Shown: in pieces, positions 16,744 through 25,289 of the stretch
Position numbering within the stretch: the stretch's first letter is position 1
How the letters are laid out: each line of letters opens with the position of its first letter
Assembly (NCBI GenBank): GCA_964195235.1
Contig: CAXMOW010000001.1
Span: forward strand, 20,726-84,725
Direction: 5' to 3'
From: an uncultured Acidimicrobiia bacterium
GTDB lineage: Bacteria; Actinomycetota; Acidimicrobiia; Spongiisociales; ZC4RG35
DNA length: 64,000 nucleotides
Notes under the pieces: generated by a model
Seen by the model: only the letters and a program-made list of their open reading frames with translations
Told to the model about the DNA's origin: nothing
The model's database searches: none
Made by a program: the position numbers and the translations under genes

Positions 16744-19020
16744 ATGGCCAAGAAACGGAACTTCTCGGAAGCCCTCGAATACCACGAGAAGCCCCGGCCC
16801 GGGAAAGTGGAAATCCGCTCGACCAAGCCAACTGCCACACAGTCTGATCTGAGTCTTGCCTATACGCCGGGTGTTGCTGAGCCCTGTCTCGTCATAGCCG
16901 ACGATCCTGACGCAGCATTCCGCTACACAAATCGGGGGAATCTCGTGGCGGTGGTATCGAACGGAACCGCCGTCCTGGGCCTGGGCAACATCGGGGCTTT
17001 GGCAGGCAAGCCTGTGATGGAAGGCAAAGCCGTTCTCTTCAAGCGTTTCGCTGACATTGACGTTTTTGATCTCGAGATCGAAGCACCCGACCCCGACGAT
17101 GTCATCAAGTTCTGTGAGCTTCTTGCACCGACGGTGGGCGGGATCAATCTTGAGGACATCAAGGCGCCCGAGTGTTTCTATATCGAGGAGACGTTGCGCT
17201 CGCGGCTTGATATCCCGGTGTTCCACGACGATCAACACGGGACAGCGATAATTGGGGGGGCCGCCTTCCTGAACGCACTCGAATTGACCGGCCGCGATAT
17301 CGCCAAGACCAGAGTTGTATTCTCCGGTGCGGGTGCAGCGGGCGTGGCGTCAGCCCGGTTTTTCATCACACTCGGGGTCGATCCGGCGAACATTGTGATG
17401 ACGGATTCCCGCGGTGTCATCCACACCGACAGAGAAGATCTCCACAAGATCAAGAGAGAGTTTGCTGTCGACACCGATGCTCGAACCCTCGACGAAGCGA
17501 TGGTCGATGCCGACGCTTTTGTCGGAGTGTCGGTGGCGGGGACGGTGACCAAGGAAATGGTTCAGTCGATGGCCGCTCAGCCAATCGTGTTCGCCCTCGC
17601 CAACCCGGATCCAGAGATCACATACCCAGACGCCAAAGCCGCCCGCAGTGACGTGTTGATGGCCACTGGTCGCAGCGATTACCCGAACCAGGTCAACAAT
17701 GTTCTCGGTTTCCCATTCATTTTCCGAGGGGCTCTCGATGTGAGGGCACGTGGTGTTTCAGAGAAGATGAAGGTTGCCGCCGCCAAGGCACTAGCGGAGC
17801 TGGCCCGCGAACCGGTTCCAGACGCAGTGCTCAGGGCCTACGACCTGGATCAGCTTTCCTTTGGTCCGGAATATCTGATTCCCAAACCCTTTGATTCTCG
17901 GGTGCTTTGGAAGTTGGCTCCGGCAGTCGCAAAGGCCGCCATCGAGGAGGGCCTGGCGCGTTCGCCGATAGAGGACTTCGACGAGTATCGCACCGAACTC
18001 CAGACCCGATTCAGCGCATCCCACGCCCTGATCAATGCCATCACCACCCGAGCGATCGAACATCCGAAACGTGTTGCCTATCCCCACGGCGACGACCTGC
18101 GCATCATTCGGGCCGCCCGCAGGGTTGCCGACGACGGGATCGCCAGTCCCATCCTCTTGGGTGACACGGCGAAGATCAAGAGTCTGGCGAAGGCGTCGGA
18201 AATACCTCTCGATGGCATGGAGATAGTGGACTCTCGATCTTCCAGCTCCGAGCGCCGGAGGTATGCGGACGTCCTTGAAGAGCTGCGACGAGATCGTGGC
18301 ATGTCGCTCCATGATGCTGAGTTGGCCGTAGCCGACCCCAACATGTACGCCTGTCTGATGGTGGGCTTGGGTGATGCCGATGCTGTGCTCGGCGGGCTCA
18401 CTACCTACTACCCCGAGACGATTAGACCGGCGCTGCAGGTTTTGAAGGTTGAAGAGGGGCGTTCAATCGTTTCGTCGGTTTATCTGGTTGTGGTCAATGG
18501 CCAGCCATACTTCTTCACCGATTGCGCGGTGAACATCGAACCGACTGCGGAACAGCTCGCCGAAATTGCGCTGGCAGCCACTGCTGCCGCTGAAGAGGAT
18601 TTCGCCCGAGATCCGAGGGTGGCATTCATTAGCTACTCAGACTTCGGCTCGGCTGGCGGGGATGAGCCGGCACGTGTTCGCAAGGCCGTGGAGTTGTTCC
18701 GTCAAGCCCGCCCCGATGTTCCAGTAGACGGCGAGATGCAGGCCGACACCGCGGTTGTCCCCGAGCTGATTGCCAGGCGTCGTCCCCATGGTCCCCTGAC
18801 TAGGGCTGCCAATGTCCTGGTGTTTCCCAACCTCACCGCGGCGAACGCCTCCTACAAGCTGTTGCATCGGCTTACCGATGCTGAAGTGATTGGGCCGATC
18901 TTGAGCGGTCTCTCGAAGACAGTCCATGTTCTCCAGCGAGATGCCTCGGTGAACGATGTGGTCAACATGACCGCCATCGCTGTTACAGAAGCGCAGCGGC
19001 GGGAGCGGGCGAAGGTCTAA
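16744..19020 (+). CDS. maeB: NADP-dependent malic enzyme with C-terminal phosphotransacetylase-like domain
   Basis: 758 aa. It has an N-terminal malic enzyme region ([26 protein letters not shown]) and a C-terminal PTA-like domain of about 330 aa. Confidence 0.95.
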   Translation: MAKKRNFSEALEYHEKPRPGKVEIRSTKPTATQSDLSLAYTPGVAEPCLVIADDPDAAFRYTNRGNLVAVVSNGTAVLGLGNIGALAGKPVMEGKAVLFKRFADIDVFDLEIEAPDPDDVIKFCELLAPTVGGINLEDIKAPECFYIEETLRSRLDIPVFHDDQHGTAIIGGAAFLNALELTGRDIAKTRVVFSGAGAAGVASARFFITLGVDPANIVMTDSRGVIHTDREDLHKIKREFAVDTDARTLDEAMVDADAFVGVSVAGTVTKEMVQSMAAQPIVFALANPDPEITYPDAKAARSDVLMATGRSDYPNQVNNVLGFPFIFRGALDVRARGVSEKMKVAAAKALAELAREPVPDAVLRAYDLDQLSFGPEYLIPKPFDSRVLWKLAPAVAKAAIEEGLARSPIEDFDEYRTELQTRFSASHALINAITTRAIEHPKRVAYPHGDDLRIIRAARRVADDGIASPILLGDTAKIKSLAKASEIPLDGMEIVDSRSSSSERRRYADVLEELRRDRGMSLHDAELAVADPNMYACLMVGLGDADAVLGGLTTYYPETIRPALQVLKVEEGRSIVSSVYLVVVNGQPYFFTDCAVNIEPTAEQLAEIALAATAAAEEDFARDPRVAFISYSDFGSAGGDEPARVRKAVELFRQARPDVPVDGEMQADTAVVPELIARRRPHGPLTRAANVLVFPNLTAANASYKLLHRLTDAEVIGPILSGLSKTVHVLQRDASVNDVVNMTAIAVTEAQRRERAKV

Positions 19021-20240
19021 CGGTCCTTCCAGTATTCCTCGTAGTGGAGGTTGCCCCGTTCCTTGCGGTGGTCGATTGTAAATCCACGCTGATGGGCAAG
19101 TTCGCAGACTCCCACTACCTCGGGAAACTCCATCGTCCCTTCTTCGTCATCCCAGCGAGGTAGGCCGATCATCGACGGATTGCCACATAAGAAAATGTGA
19201 GTATTGGTCGGATCGAGGGGGGCGCCGAGCTCCTCTTCGACACGCCCCGATGTCACCAGATCTTGGATGTAGACCTTGTTGCCTGTGTTCTCAGGCTCGC
19301 GTGTGGTGATCGCTAAAAACTTGTAGGTGGGGAATCGTGACTGAACACTCTCCTGCTCTGAGCTATAGGCGAGATCTTTTCGATATCTGACGCAAACGAC
19401 ATTCAGGATTGCGCCTTGGTGCCCATTGCGAAGGAGCTCGGCCGTCATGTTGTTCTGCGGCGCCTCCCCGGTGCCAGTACTCAGAAATACGATGTTGTCG
19501 GATGGCTTGACATCATCCAGCGTGTAGCGCCCGGTGAATTTGTGGCTCATGAAGATTCTGTCCCCTACCCCTTTCGTGAAGACCCTTGGGGTAAGCGAGG
19601 GGAACTCGATCTCGCCAGGTCGGACCTGGACGATGTAAAACTCGACCTCCTCCGGTTGGGCCGCTACTAGGTTGCCTTTGTCATCGACGATTGAGCTGGA
19701 GATCGAGTACGAGCGTCGCGCCATTTTGTCTCGCTGGTCGGGTTTCTCATCGAAATCCTCTTGGACGTCGTCCGCTCGCGACTCCCAGAATCCGAGGGCA
19801 AGCGTCGTGTACTGACCGGGCTTGAACGCGTCGATTGGTTCGTCGGGTCTGATCCGGACCACCCATAGGTCGGAGTTGTGCGCCCGGAGTGAGGTGATGG
19901 TGGCGTTGTAGTTCTCTTCGCGCAGGTCTTGGTCGTGTTGTTCCAGGCTCTCCGGGCTGTAAAAGACAAAAAGGTGGACGATGACGTCTGACGCCGAGTC
20001 GATGGTCTCCGCTTGCCAACCGCCAGACCTCGCGATTGTGACCGTGTTGGAGAGCACATAGACCGTTTCGAGGCGATCGTCGGATTCAAAGAGCCTGGCG
20101 GCCAGTTGTGAGGCCGCGTCATCCACCACGAGCGGAATCTGCCCGAATGATTTTCCGTCCTGGCCGGTCAGCGATCTGTCCAGATCGAAAACGGCGACGT
20201 TGCCGAGGTTCGTGGCCGTCACATCGATCAGCTGACCCAT
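19017..20240 (-). CDS. Ferredoxin-NADP(+) reductase-type oxidoreductase with extra N-terminal domain
   Basis: 407 aa. It has the FAD-binding RSYSISS motif, the NAD(P) site FLSTGTGEAP and a C-terminal aromatic tail (EEYWKDR). The first ~100 aa form an unassigned extra domain. Confidence 0.8.
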   Translation of the reverse strand: MGQLIDVTATNLGNVAVFDLDRSLTGQDGKSFGQIPLVVDDAASQLAARLFESDDRLETVYVLSNTVTIARSGGWQAETIDSASDVIVHLFVFYSPESLEQHDQDLREENYNATITSLRAHNSDLWVVRIRPDEPIDAFKPGQYTTLALGFWESRADDVQEDFDEKPDQRDKMARRSYSISSSIVDDKGNLVAAQPEEVEFYIVQVRPGEIEFPSLTPRVFTKGVGDRIFMSHKFTGRYTLDDVKPSDNIVFLSTGTGEAPQNNMTAELLRNGHQGAILNVVCVRYRKDLAYSSEQESVQSRFPTYKFLAITTREPENTGNKVYIQDLVTSGRVEEELGAPLDPTNTHIFLCGNPSMIGLPRWDDEEGTMEFPEVVGVCELAHQRGFTIDHRKERGNLHYEEYWKDR

Positions 20241-20295
20241 GGAGCCAAGCTACCCCTCGGGAAGAATTGGGAGCGCACGCGTGTTCCCGAGGCGC

Positions 20296-20676
20296 ATGGA
20301 ACAATCAGTTCGAGAAGCGATGGACCGTGGCGGTATTGCGGACATCACCACCACAGGTCGCAAGACCGGGAACCCAAGTCGGATCGAGATCTATTTTCAC
20401 CACTTCGATGGCGACTACTACCTGACCGGCCAACCCAGAACCCCCAAAGACTGGAACGCCAACATCTTGGCCAACTCGGAGTTCACTCTTCACCTGAAGA
20501 GGGGTGTCACGGTAGACGTCAAAGTCGTGGGCGAGTCGGAAGCTGACCCCGATGAGCGCGAGCGCATTATTCGCCGTGCACAGGTAGAGAACTGGGACTA
20601 CGACTCGGAGAAGGTCGAAGCTGGGATCCAGAAGTGGGTTGACAGTGCTCCCTTTATCCGGTTCCGCCCGCTTTGA
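20296..20676 (+). CDS. Deazaflavin (F420)-dependent nitroreductase-family oxidoreductase (DDN-like)
   Basis: This is the inner ATG of ORF 20239..20676. ITTTGRKTGNPSRIEIYFHHFDGDYYLTG is typical of the DDN/split beta-barrel family. Confidence 0.7.
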   Translation: MEQSVREAMDRGGIADITTTGRKTGNPSRIEIYFHHFDGDYYLTGQPRTPKDWNANILANSEFTLHLKRGVTVDVKVVGESEADPDERERIIRRAQVENWDYDSEKVEAGIQKWVDSAPFIRFRPL

Positions 20677-20806
20677 GGATCAGTAGGCGGGAAGCACACC
20701 GTCCGAGGAATTCGCCGAAGTGTTGCAAAAACCCTTGAGCTGGCAGCACATATGGGCCCTAGCGTTGTGCCGTGTGCAAATTGGTCATTCAGCTCAACCA
20801 GGTTCT

Positions 20807-21073
20807 TTGGAGTACAAGGGGGAGGCACCTTGGGTGTTCATCACTCTCCCCGTAGAAGACGCTGAAGAAGTCAGGGCACGAGTCCCAGGGCGCGCCGGTT
20901 TCGGTTCGGTCAAAGTGGACGCGGTCATCGGCGGAAGTCGATGGCAAACTTCATTGTTCCCCGACAAGGGTTCGGGATCCTTTGTGCTCCCAGTCAAGAG
21001 AGCCATCCGAGAACAAGAGGGTCTAGCTCCAGGTGACACAGCCAGCGTGACCCTTCACATCGAGGTCGAATAA
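20807..21073 (+). CDS. DUF1905-domain protein
   Basis: This is the C-terminal part of ORF 20720..21073. WVFITLPVEDAEEV...GSVKVDAVIGGSRWQTSLFPDKGSGSFVLPVKRAIRE matches the DUF1905 pattern. The start is uncertain (TTG 20807 or upstream). Confidence 0.65.
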   Translation: MEYKGEAPWVFITLPVEDAEEVRARVPGRAGFGSVKVDAVIGGSRWQTSLFPDKGSGSFVLPVKRAIREQEGLAPGDTASVTLHIEVE

Positions 21074-21092
21074 AATCGATTGTTGCCGCGGG

Positions 21093-21188
21093 TGGCGGAG
21101 GCGGACGGGAATCGAACCCGCCAGAGACTGAATCAGCCTCTCACCGGTTTTGAAGACCGGGGGACCCACCAGGCGTCCGGACGCCTCC
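21093..21188 (-). tRNA. selC: tRNA-Sec (selenocysteine tRNA, anticodon UCA)
   Basis: 96 nt including an encoded CCA: GGAGGCGTCCGGACGCCTGGTGGGTCCCCCGGTCTTCAAAACCGGTGAGAGGCTGATTCAGTCTCTGGCGGGTTCGATTCCCGTCCGCCTCCGCCA. Anticodon stem CCGGT/ACCGG with loop CUUCAAA (UCA). The long variable arm has a 7-bp stem and 5-nt loop. In my hand fold, acceptor plus T stems give 13 bp rather than 12. Confidence 0.8.
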
Positions 21189-21218
21189 TCGGGTGGACGG
21201 GCAGATTACGTGATGTCG

Positions 21219-21266
21219 AAGATGAGCGGATTCTGCCCGGATACGGGCCGTACTACCTGAGGTTCG
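21219..21266 (-). repeat. Copy C of the ~48-bp dispersed intergenic repeat
   Basis: The minus strand reads cgaacctcaggtagtacggcccgtatccgggcagaatccgctcatctt. It is 43/48 identical to copy B. It lies 31 nt upstream of the selC 5' end and 51 nt upstream of the divergent HTH gene. Confidence 0.8.
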
Positions 21267-21316
21267 TCACGCGCGGGTTCGGGAACTTTCCGACGTGGAG
21301 ATAGCATTTCTCAAAC

Positions 21317-21925
21317 ATGCCTGCGAGGACCTTCGGACGGACGATTCGTTCCCAGCGAACCAAACTTGGTCTCAGCCAGACGAAGTTGGGTGAATTGGTC
21401 GGTCGCTCCGCGGCGACCGTCCGATCCTGGGAACGTGACAAGAGCCATCCAAACGATGCCGCTGTCATCACGGCACTTTCTGCAGTCCTTGGTGTCGATG
21501 AAAGGGTCCTGTTCGAAAAGGCCGGCCAGGAGATGCCGGCAGTCGAGGACAGTCCCACTGTGGAGCAAGCGCTTGCCACTCTCAATCCTGAAGGGTCTGA
21601 CGGAATCGATGACAACGAGGAAGCTGACCATGTCGAGGTCGAAAACGAATTGGCGATCCCGTTGTCTGGACCGGATACAGGACCAGTTGTCAAGCCTGGC
21701 TATGTTGCCCCAGCCGAGCCCTACGTGATCACGACCGCCATTCCCCCCGTCCACGAACCCTCATACTTGGAAGATCGGACCCAACGTCAGCTCTACCGGG
21801 TACGCAACCTCGCCACCATCGTGATTCTCGTCTCGCTCGGGATCGCGTTCCTTTGGGCACTCACTCAGAGTGTTGACGCCCTCGCCTCATGGTGGGACGA
21901 GTTCTTTGGAAGTCTGCGGCTTTAG
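21317..21925 (+). CDS. XRE-family HTH protein with C-terminal transmembrane anchor
   Basis: 202 aa. The HTH is IRSQRTKLGLSQTKLGELVGRSAATVRSWERDKSHP. An acidic linker and one C-terminal TM helix (LATIVILVSLGIAFLWAL) follow. Confidence 0.75.
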   Translation: MPARTFGRTIRSQRTKLGLSQTKLGELVGRSAATVRSWERDKSHPNDAAVITALSAVLGVDERVLFEKAGQEMPAVEDSPTVEQALATLNPEGSDGIDDNEEADHVEVENELAIPLSGPDTGPVVKPGYVAPAEPYVITTAIPPVHEPSYLEDRTQRQLYRVRNLATIVILVSLGIAFLWALTQSVDALASWWDEFFGSLRL

Positions 21926-22410
21926 CTCTCCGTCACGAAAAGGCTGACGATCGTCTGCTCACCGGCTTCGGAGACGCTGATGCTGTAAGAGCTAGACCCA
22001 TCTTCGAGGGTCCACGCCACTGACTTCGGAGCCGCCGACTCGAACTTGTTGACCACCTCCGACCCAGTCCCTTCAATCCAGTTCTCGTAGAAGGCGATCA
22101 CAGTGTCGAAGTCTGTTGCGTCGAACATGAGCGAGACCGTTGCATCAGTGCCTGATTGCAGCACGGCTTGGACTTCACCACCACCAGGTACGTCAATCGG
22201 GAAGCCGTCCGGAATGTCACCTCCTCCGATGACTACCGAACCTCCGTCTTCGCCTTCGACCTCAATCTTGACTTCCCCCGTGTCTTCGTCGATCTCGACA
22301 TTTTCGATGCCTTCTTGGTTCTCGAGTATTTGCTCGGCTAGACCCTCGCTTGGACTACACGCGGCGACCAGGAGAGAGAGTGTTGTGATGGCGATTGCTG
22401 TTCGTTTCAT
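21922..22410 (-). CDS. Putative lipoprotein
   Basis: The inner ATG at 22410 gives MKRTAIAITTLSLLVAAC, a signal peptide with an LVAAC lipobox. The mature part is acidic. Confidence 0.7.
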   Translation of the reverse strand: MKRTAIAITTLSLLVAACSPSEGLAEQILENQEGIENVEIDEDTGEVKIEVEGEDGGSVVIGGGDIPDGFPIDVPGGGEVQAVLQSGTDATVSLMFDATDFDTVIAFYENWIEGTGSEVVNKFESAAPKSVAWTLEDGSSSYSISVSEAGEQTIVSLFVTES

Positions 22411-22712
22411 GGTGCTTACCCCTTCGCTGTCGACCCTAACCGAGAGAGCCTGCCCCAAATCAGTTCACTGATCGGCTCAAATGTGGCAGACTTTCAGGAC
22501 CAGAGAAAGGAGGTGGTCCGAAATTGCATGAATGTCTTAGGACTCTGGAGGTGGTCGGGCGCTGAGTAGCGCTGACTACCGGAAGCGCTGCTCGTCGCGT
22601 CTCATGCGAGGCGAAGACACGGTGGCGACTTCAAACCCGGACCACCCGGCTTTGGCTACTGCGGACCTCGTCCATCTGTAGCGCATCGCGAGAAACGCCA
22701 TTGCCGATGTTT

Positions 22713-22744
22713 GAGAACTCCCGCCCGTTGGGCGGGAGTTTCTC
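22713..22744 (-). terminator. Stem-loop immediately after the cbs/cysK-like stop
   Basis: ctcccgccc-gtt-gggcgggag (a 9-bp GC stem, extendable by gagaa/tttctc) abuts the stop codon at 22744. There is no clear U-tract on the sense strand, so it is probably an actinobacterial I-shaped terminator. Confidence 0.5.
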
Positions 22745-23697
22745 TATGTGTCGAAGCCGTGATCCGTCATCCAGTTGTCGTTGAACACTTTGGACAGATA
22801 CCCACGACCTGAGTCGGGCACGATTACAACCACCAGCAGGTTCGGATCTTCGTCCGCGACCTGAAGTGCCGCCTCGAGGGCCATCCCGCCAGAACCACCG
22901 GTTAGAAGACCTTCCTCGCGTGCGCACCGGCGTGCCATCGCGAAAGAGTCAGCGTCGGTCACTTCGATAAAGCGATCAATCATGTCGAGGTCTACCGTGT
23001 CCGGGTAGAAGTCCTCGCCTACCCCTTCGACCTCGTACTGATGGAGCTCATCGTCGGGTCCCTTGGTGTAGATCGAGCCCTCTGGATCGGCCCCGACCAA
23101 TTCGACCGACGACTTCTTTTCCTTCAGATACTGTCCGCTCCCGGAGATGGTGCCTCCCGTTCCAACACCAGCGACTAGCACGTCGATGGCTCCGCTGGTC
23201 TGCCGCCAGATCTCCGGTCCTGTTGTCTCGTAGTGGGACCTGGGATTGGCCATGTTGTAGTACTGATTGGGTTGGAACGACCCTTCGATCTCACCGACAA
23301 GTCGTCTGGCAACCCCGTAGTAGGAGTCCGGATGTTCGGGCCCCAATTCTGTTGGGGTCTCTATGACCTCGACGCCGTATGCTCGAAGTAGGTCCTGTTT
23401 CTCCTTGGAGACTTTCGCCGGAACCGTGCAGATCACCCGATATCCGCGGATGGCGGCGACCAACGCCAAGCCGACCCCGGTGTTGCCCGATGTCGGTTCG
23501 ATGATGGTGCCACCAGGCTTGAGAAGGCCATCTTGTTCGGCCTTGTCGATCATCGAGGCGGCGATTCGGTCTTTGACTGAACCGCCTGGATTCATGAACT
23601 CGAGCTTGGCCACCAGGTTGCCAGGTGGGTGGAGTCGAGTGAGCCGGACCAGAGGGGTATTGCCAATCGCGGCAACGACGTCATCAAAAACTTCCAT
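22744..23697 (-). CDS. Cystathionine beta-synthase-like / cysteine synthase PLP enzyme (catalytic domain only)
   Basis: 317 aa. The PLP-Lys motif is NPGGSVKDR, and TSGNTGVGLA is present. From memory it is very similar to the catalytic half of the mycobacterial Cbs, but it ends where the CBS-pair domains would begin. Confidence 0.9.
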   Translation of the reverse strand: MEVFDDVVAAIGNTPLVRLTRLHPPGNLVAKLEFMNPGGSVKDRIAASMIDKAEQDGLLKPGGTIIEPTSGNTGVGLALVAAIRGYRVICTVPAKVSKEKQDLLRAYGVEVIETPTELGPEHPDSYYGVARRLVGEIEGSFQPNQYYNMANPRSHYETTGPEIWRQTSGAIDVLVAGVGTGGTISGSGQYLKEKKSSVELVGADPEGSIYTKGPDDELHQYEVEGVGEDFYPDTVDLDMIDRFIEVTDADSFAMARRCAREEGLLTGGSGGMALEAALQVADEDPNLLVVVIVPDSGRGYLSKVFNDNWMTDHGFDT

Positions 23698-23895
23698 TCG
23701 ATTTGGAGGCTAGGGCGCCTCGTCTTCTCTTGAGTCCGACAACATCACGATGAAGGCGACTACGAGGGTGAGAATGCGGGCGAACCAGTACGCACCGGAA
23801 TGTCCGCAAGTTCTGCAGCTTGGAAAGCGATTGACATTCCCCGATCATGGCAAACGGATTCAGGGAGTGGTCTCAGTGTTTCCTATCCTTGTGGC

Positions 23896-24786
23896 GTGTC
23901 TCGACTGGCTCGCTACGCATGGTTCGTCCTTTTCTTCAGTGTAGGAGTAATCCTCCTTGGAGCCCTGGTCCGGGCTACGGGGAGCGGAGCCGGATGTGGG
24001 CAGTCTTGGCCGACTTGTCAGGGCGAGTTGATTCCTTCGCTCGAGGGGGCGACCGCGGTTGAATTCGCCCATCGAATGGTGAGCGGCGTTGCGCTGATCC
24101 TTGTTGTGGTCCTCGTGATTTGGGTGTTGAGAACCGTCAAGAAAGGTCAACCGGCTCGATTGGGTGCGGTCTTGGCGCTCGTCGCAATAGTTGGTGAGGC
24201 TCTGATAGGTGCGGCGATCGTGTTAGCCGAGTGGGTAGCGGACGACGCATCGGTAGCTAGGGCGGTTGCAGTGCCACTCCATCTGGTCAATACCCTCTTC
24301 TTGCTTTCAGCTTTGGCCCTCACTGCATTCTGGCTGGGTGGTGGAAAACGTCTCGATTTCGCGTCGAGGCCTGCGGTGACCCGGGGTGTGGCGCTCGGCG
24401 GCCTCGCCCTGATCCTGATCGCGGCTTCGGGGGCGGTGACTGCCCTCGCCGACACATTGTTCCCCGGGGAGGGGATCGAGGCAGACTTCTCATCTGGAGC
24501 CCACTTCCTCACTCGACTTCGGGTAATCCACCCGATATTGGCTGTTGGCACGGCAGTTCTCGGGTGGTGGTTTTCGGGAAAGACGGAACTGCCTCGGACA
24601 CGATCGGCACGCGCCTTGCCGATCTTGGTAGGACTGATGCTTATCACCGGTGCTGTGAATGTGCTGGTTGGTGTGCCCGTATGGCTGCAGTTGGTCCACC
24701 TGGCGTTGGCTGATGGGTTGTGGATCGCCTATGTGCTCACATCAGCTCAGGTACTTCAGAACGAGCTTGCACCGGTCAGCGCTTGA
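23896..24786 (+). CDS. ctaA: Heme A synthase (COX15/CtaA family)
   Basis: The track ORF is 23800..24786; I prefer the GTG at 23896 (VSRLARYAWFVLFF...). It has the COX15 signature LVRATGSGAGCGQSWPTCQG, multiple TM helices and conserved His residues. Confidence 0.85.
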   Translation: MSRLARYAWFVLFFSVGVILLGALVRATGSGAGCGQSWPTCQGELIPSLEGATAVEFAHRMVSGVALILVVVLVIWVLRTVKKGQPARLGAVLALVAIVGEALIGAAIVLAEWVADDASVARAVAVPLHLVNTLFLLSALALTAFWLGGGKRLDFASRPAVTRGVALGGLALILIAASGAVTALADTLFPGEGIEADFSSGAHFLTRLRVIHPILAVGTAVLGWWFSGKTELPRTRSARALPILVGLMLITGAVNVLVGVPVWLQLVHLALADGLWIAYVLTSAQVLQNELAPVSA

Positions 24787-25234
24787 CCAGATCCTCAGAA
24801 CTGTCGCCCAGCAGGTAGCGCGGGCCGGTTCCTAAATCGGAAGCAGCGTCTCCCGGATTGAAGATCGCGCATGATTTCAGGGAAAGGCAGCCACATCCGA
24901 TGCAGTCGGACAATTCGTCTCGCAAGGCAATCATTTCCTGAATCTGGGCATCGAGCCGATTGCGCCACGAGCGTGACAGCTTGGTCCAGTCGGCCTTGGT
25001 TGGAGTCTTTTCGTGGGGGAGTGTTGCCAAGGCATCGCTGAGCTCAGATAGCGAGAGTCCGATCTCCTGGCCGGCCCTGATGAGAGCCACTCGACGCAAC
25101 GTCGCTCTTGGGTATCGGCGCTGGTTCCCATCTGTTCGTTCAGAAGCGATCAGGCCTTTGGTCTCGTAGAACCGCAAGGCCGAAGTTGCCACCCCCGCTC
25201 TCGATGACAGTTCACCTATCGTCAGCCAGTCCAT
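24776..25234 (-). CDS. soxR: Redox-sensitive MerR-family regulator SoxR
   Basis: The inner ATG at 25234 gives MDWLTIGELSSRAGVATSALRFYETKGLI, a MerR HTH. The C-terminal CIGCGCLSLKSC is the SoxR [2Fe-2S] motif. Confidence 0.9.
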   Translation of the reverse strand: MDWLTIGELSSRAGVATSALRFYETKGLIASERTDGNQRRYPRATLRRVALIRAGQEIGLSLSELSDALATLPHEKTPTKADWTKLSRSWRNRLDAQIQEMIALRDELSDCIGCGCLSLKSCAIFNPGDAASDLGTGPRYLLGDSSEDLVKR

Positions 25235-25252
25235 GACCACACAATACACCTC

Positions 25253-25283
25253 TTGACTTAAAGTTAAGTTGAAGTTGTAGGTT
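25253..25283 (+). promoter_or_regulatory. MerR/SoxR-type promoter with 19-nt spacer and SoxR-box-like inverted repeat
   Basis: TTGACT (25253-25258), 19-nt spacer taaagttaagttgaagttg, then TAGGTT (25278-25283). The inverted repeat ACTTAA-AG-TTAAGT lies at 25256-25269. 13/17 positions match the recalled E. coli soxS box CTCAAGTTAACTTGAGG. The ATG at 25290 is 6 nt after the -10, which suggests a leaderless transcript. Confidence 0.7.
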
Positions 25284-25289
25284 GGTGAT

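Noticed and set aside
21093-21188. Alternative reading of the long-arm tRNA as tRNA-Ser or tRNA-Leu.
   Set aside because: The 7-nt anticodon loop CUUCAAA places UCA unambiguously at positions 34-36. Ser and Leu isoacceptors do not use UCA. The extra base pair in the acceptor/T stack also favours tRNA-Sec.
22505-22570. Small ORFs (13-18 codons, e.g. ATG 22528: MNVLGLWRWSGAE*) downstream of the extended SD-like AGAAAGGAGGTGG.
   Set aside because: The spacing from the SD core to the ATG is 14 nt, which is too long. Alternative starts are non-canonical or badly spaced. No downstream plus-strand gene exists that a leader peptide could regulate.
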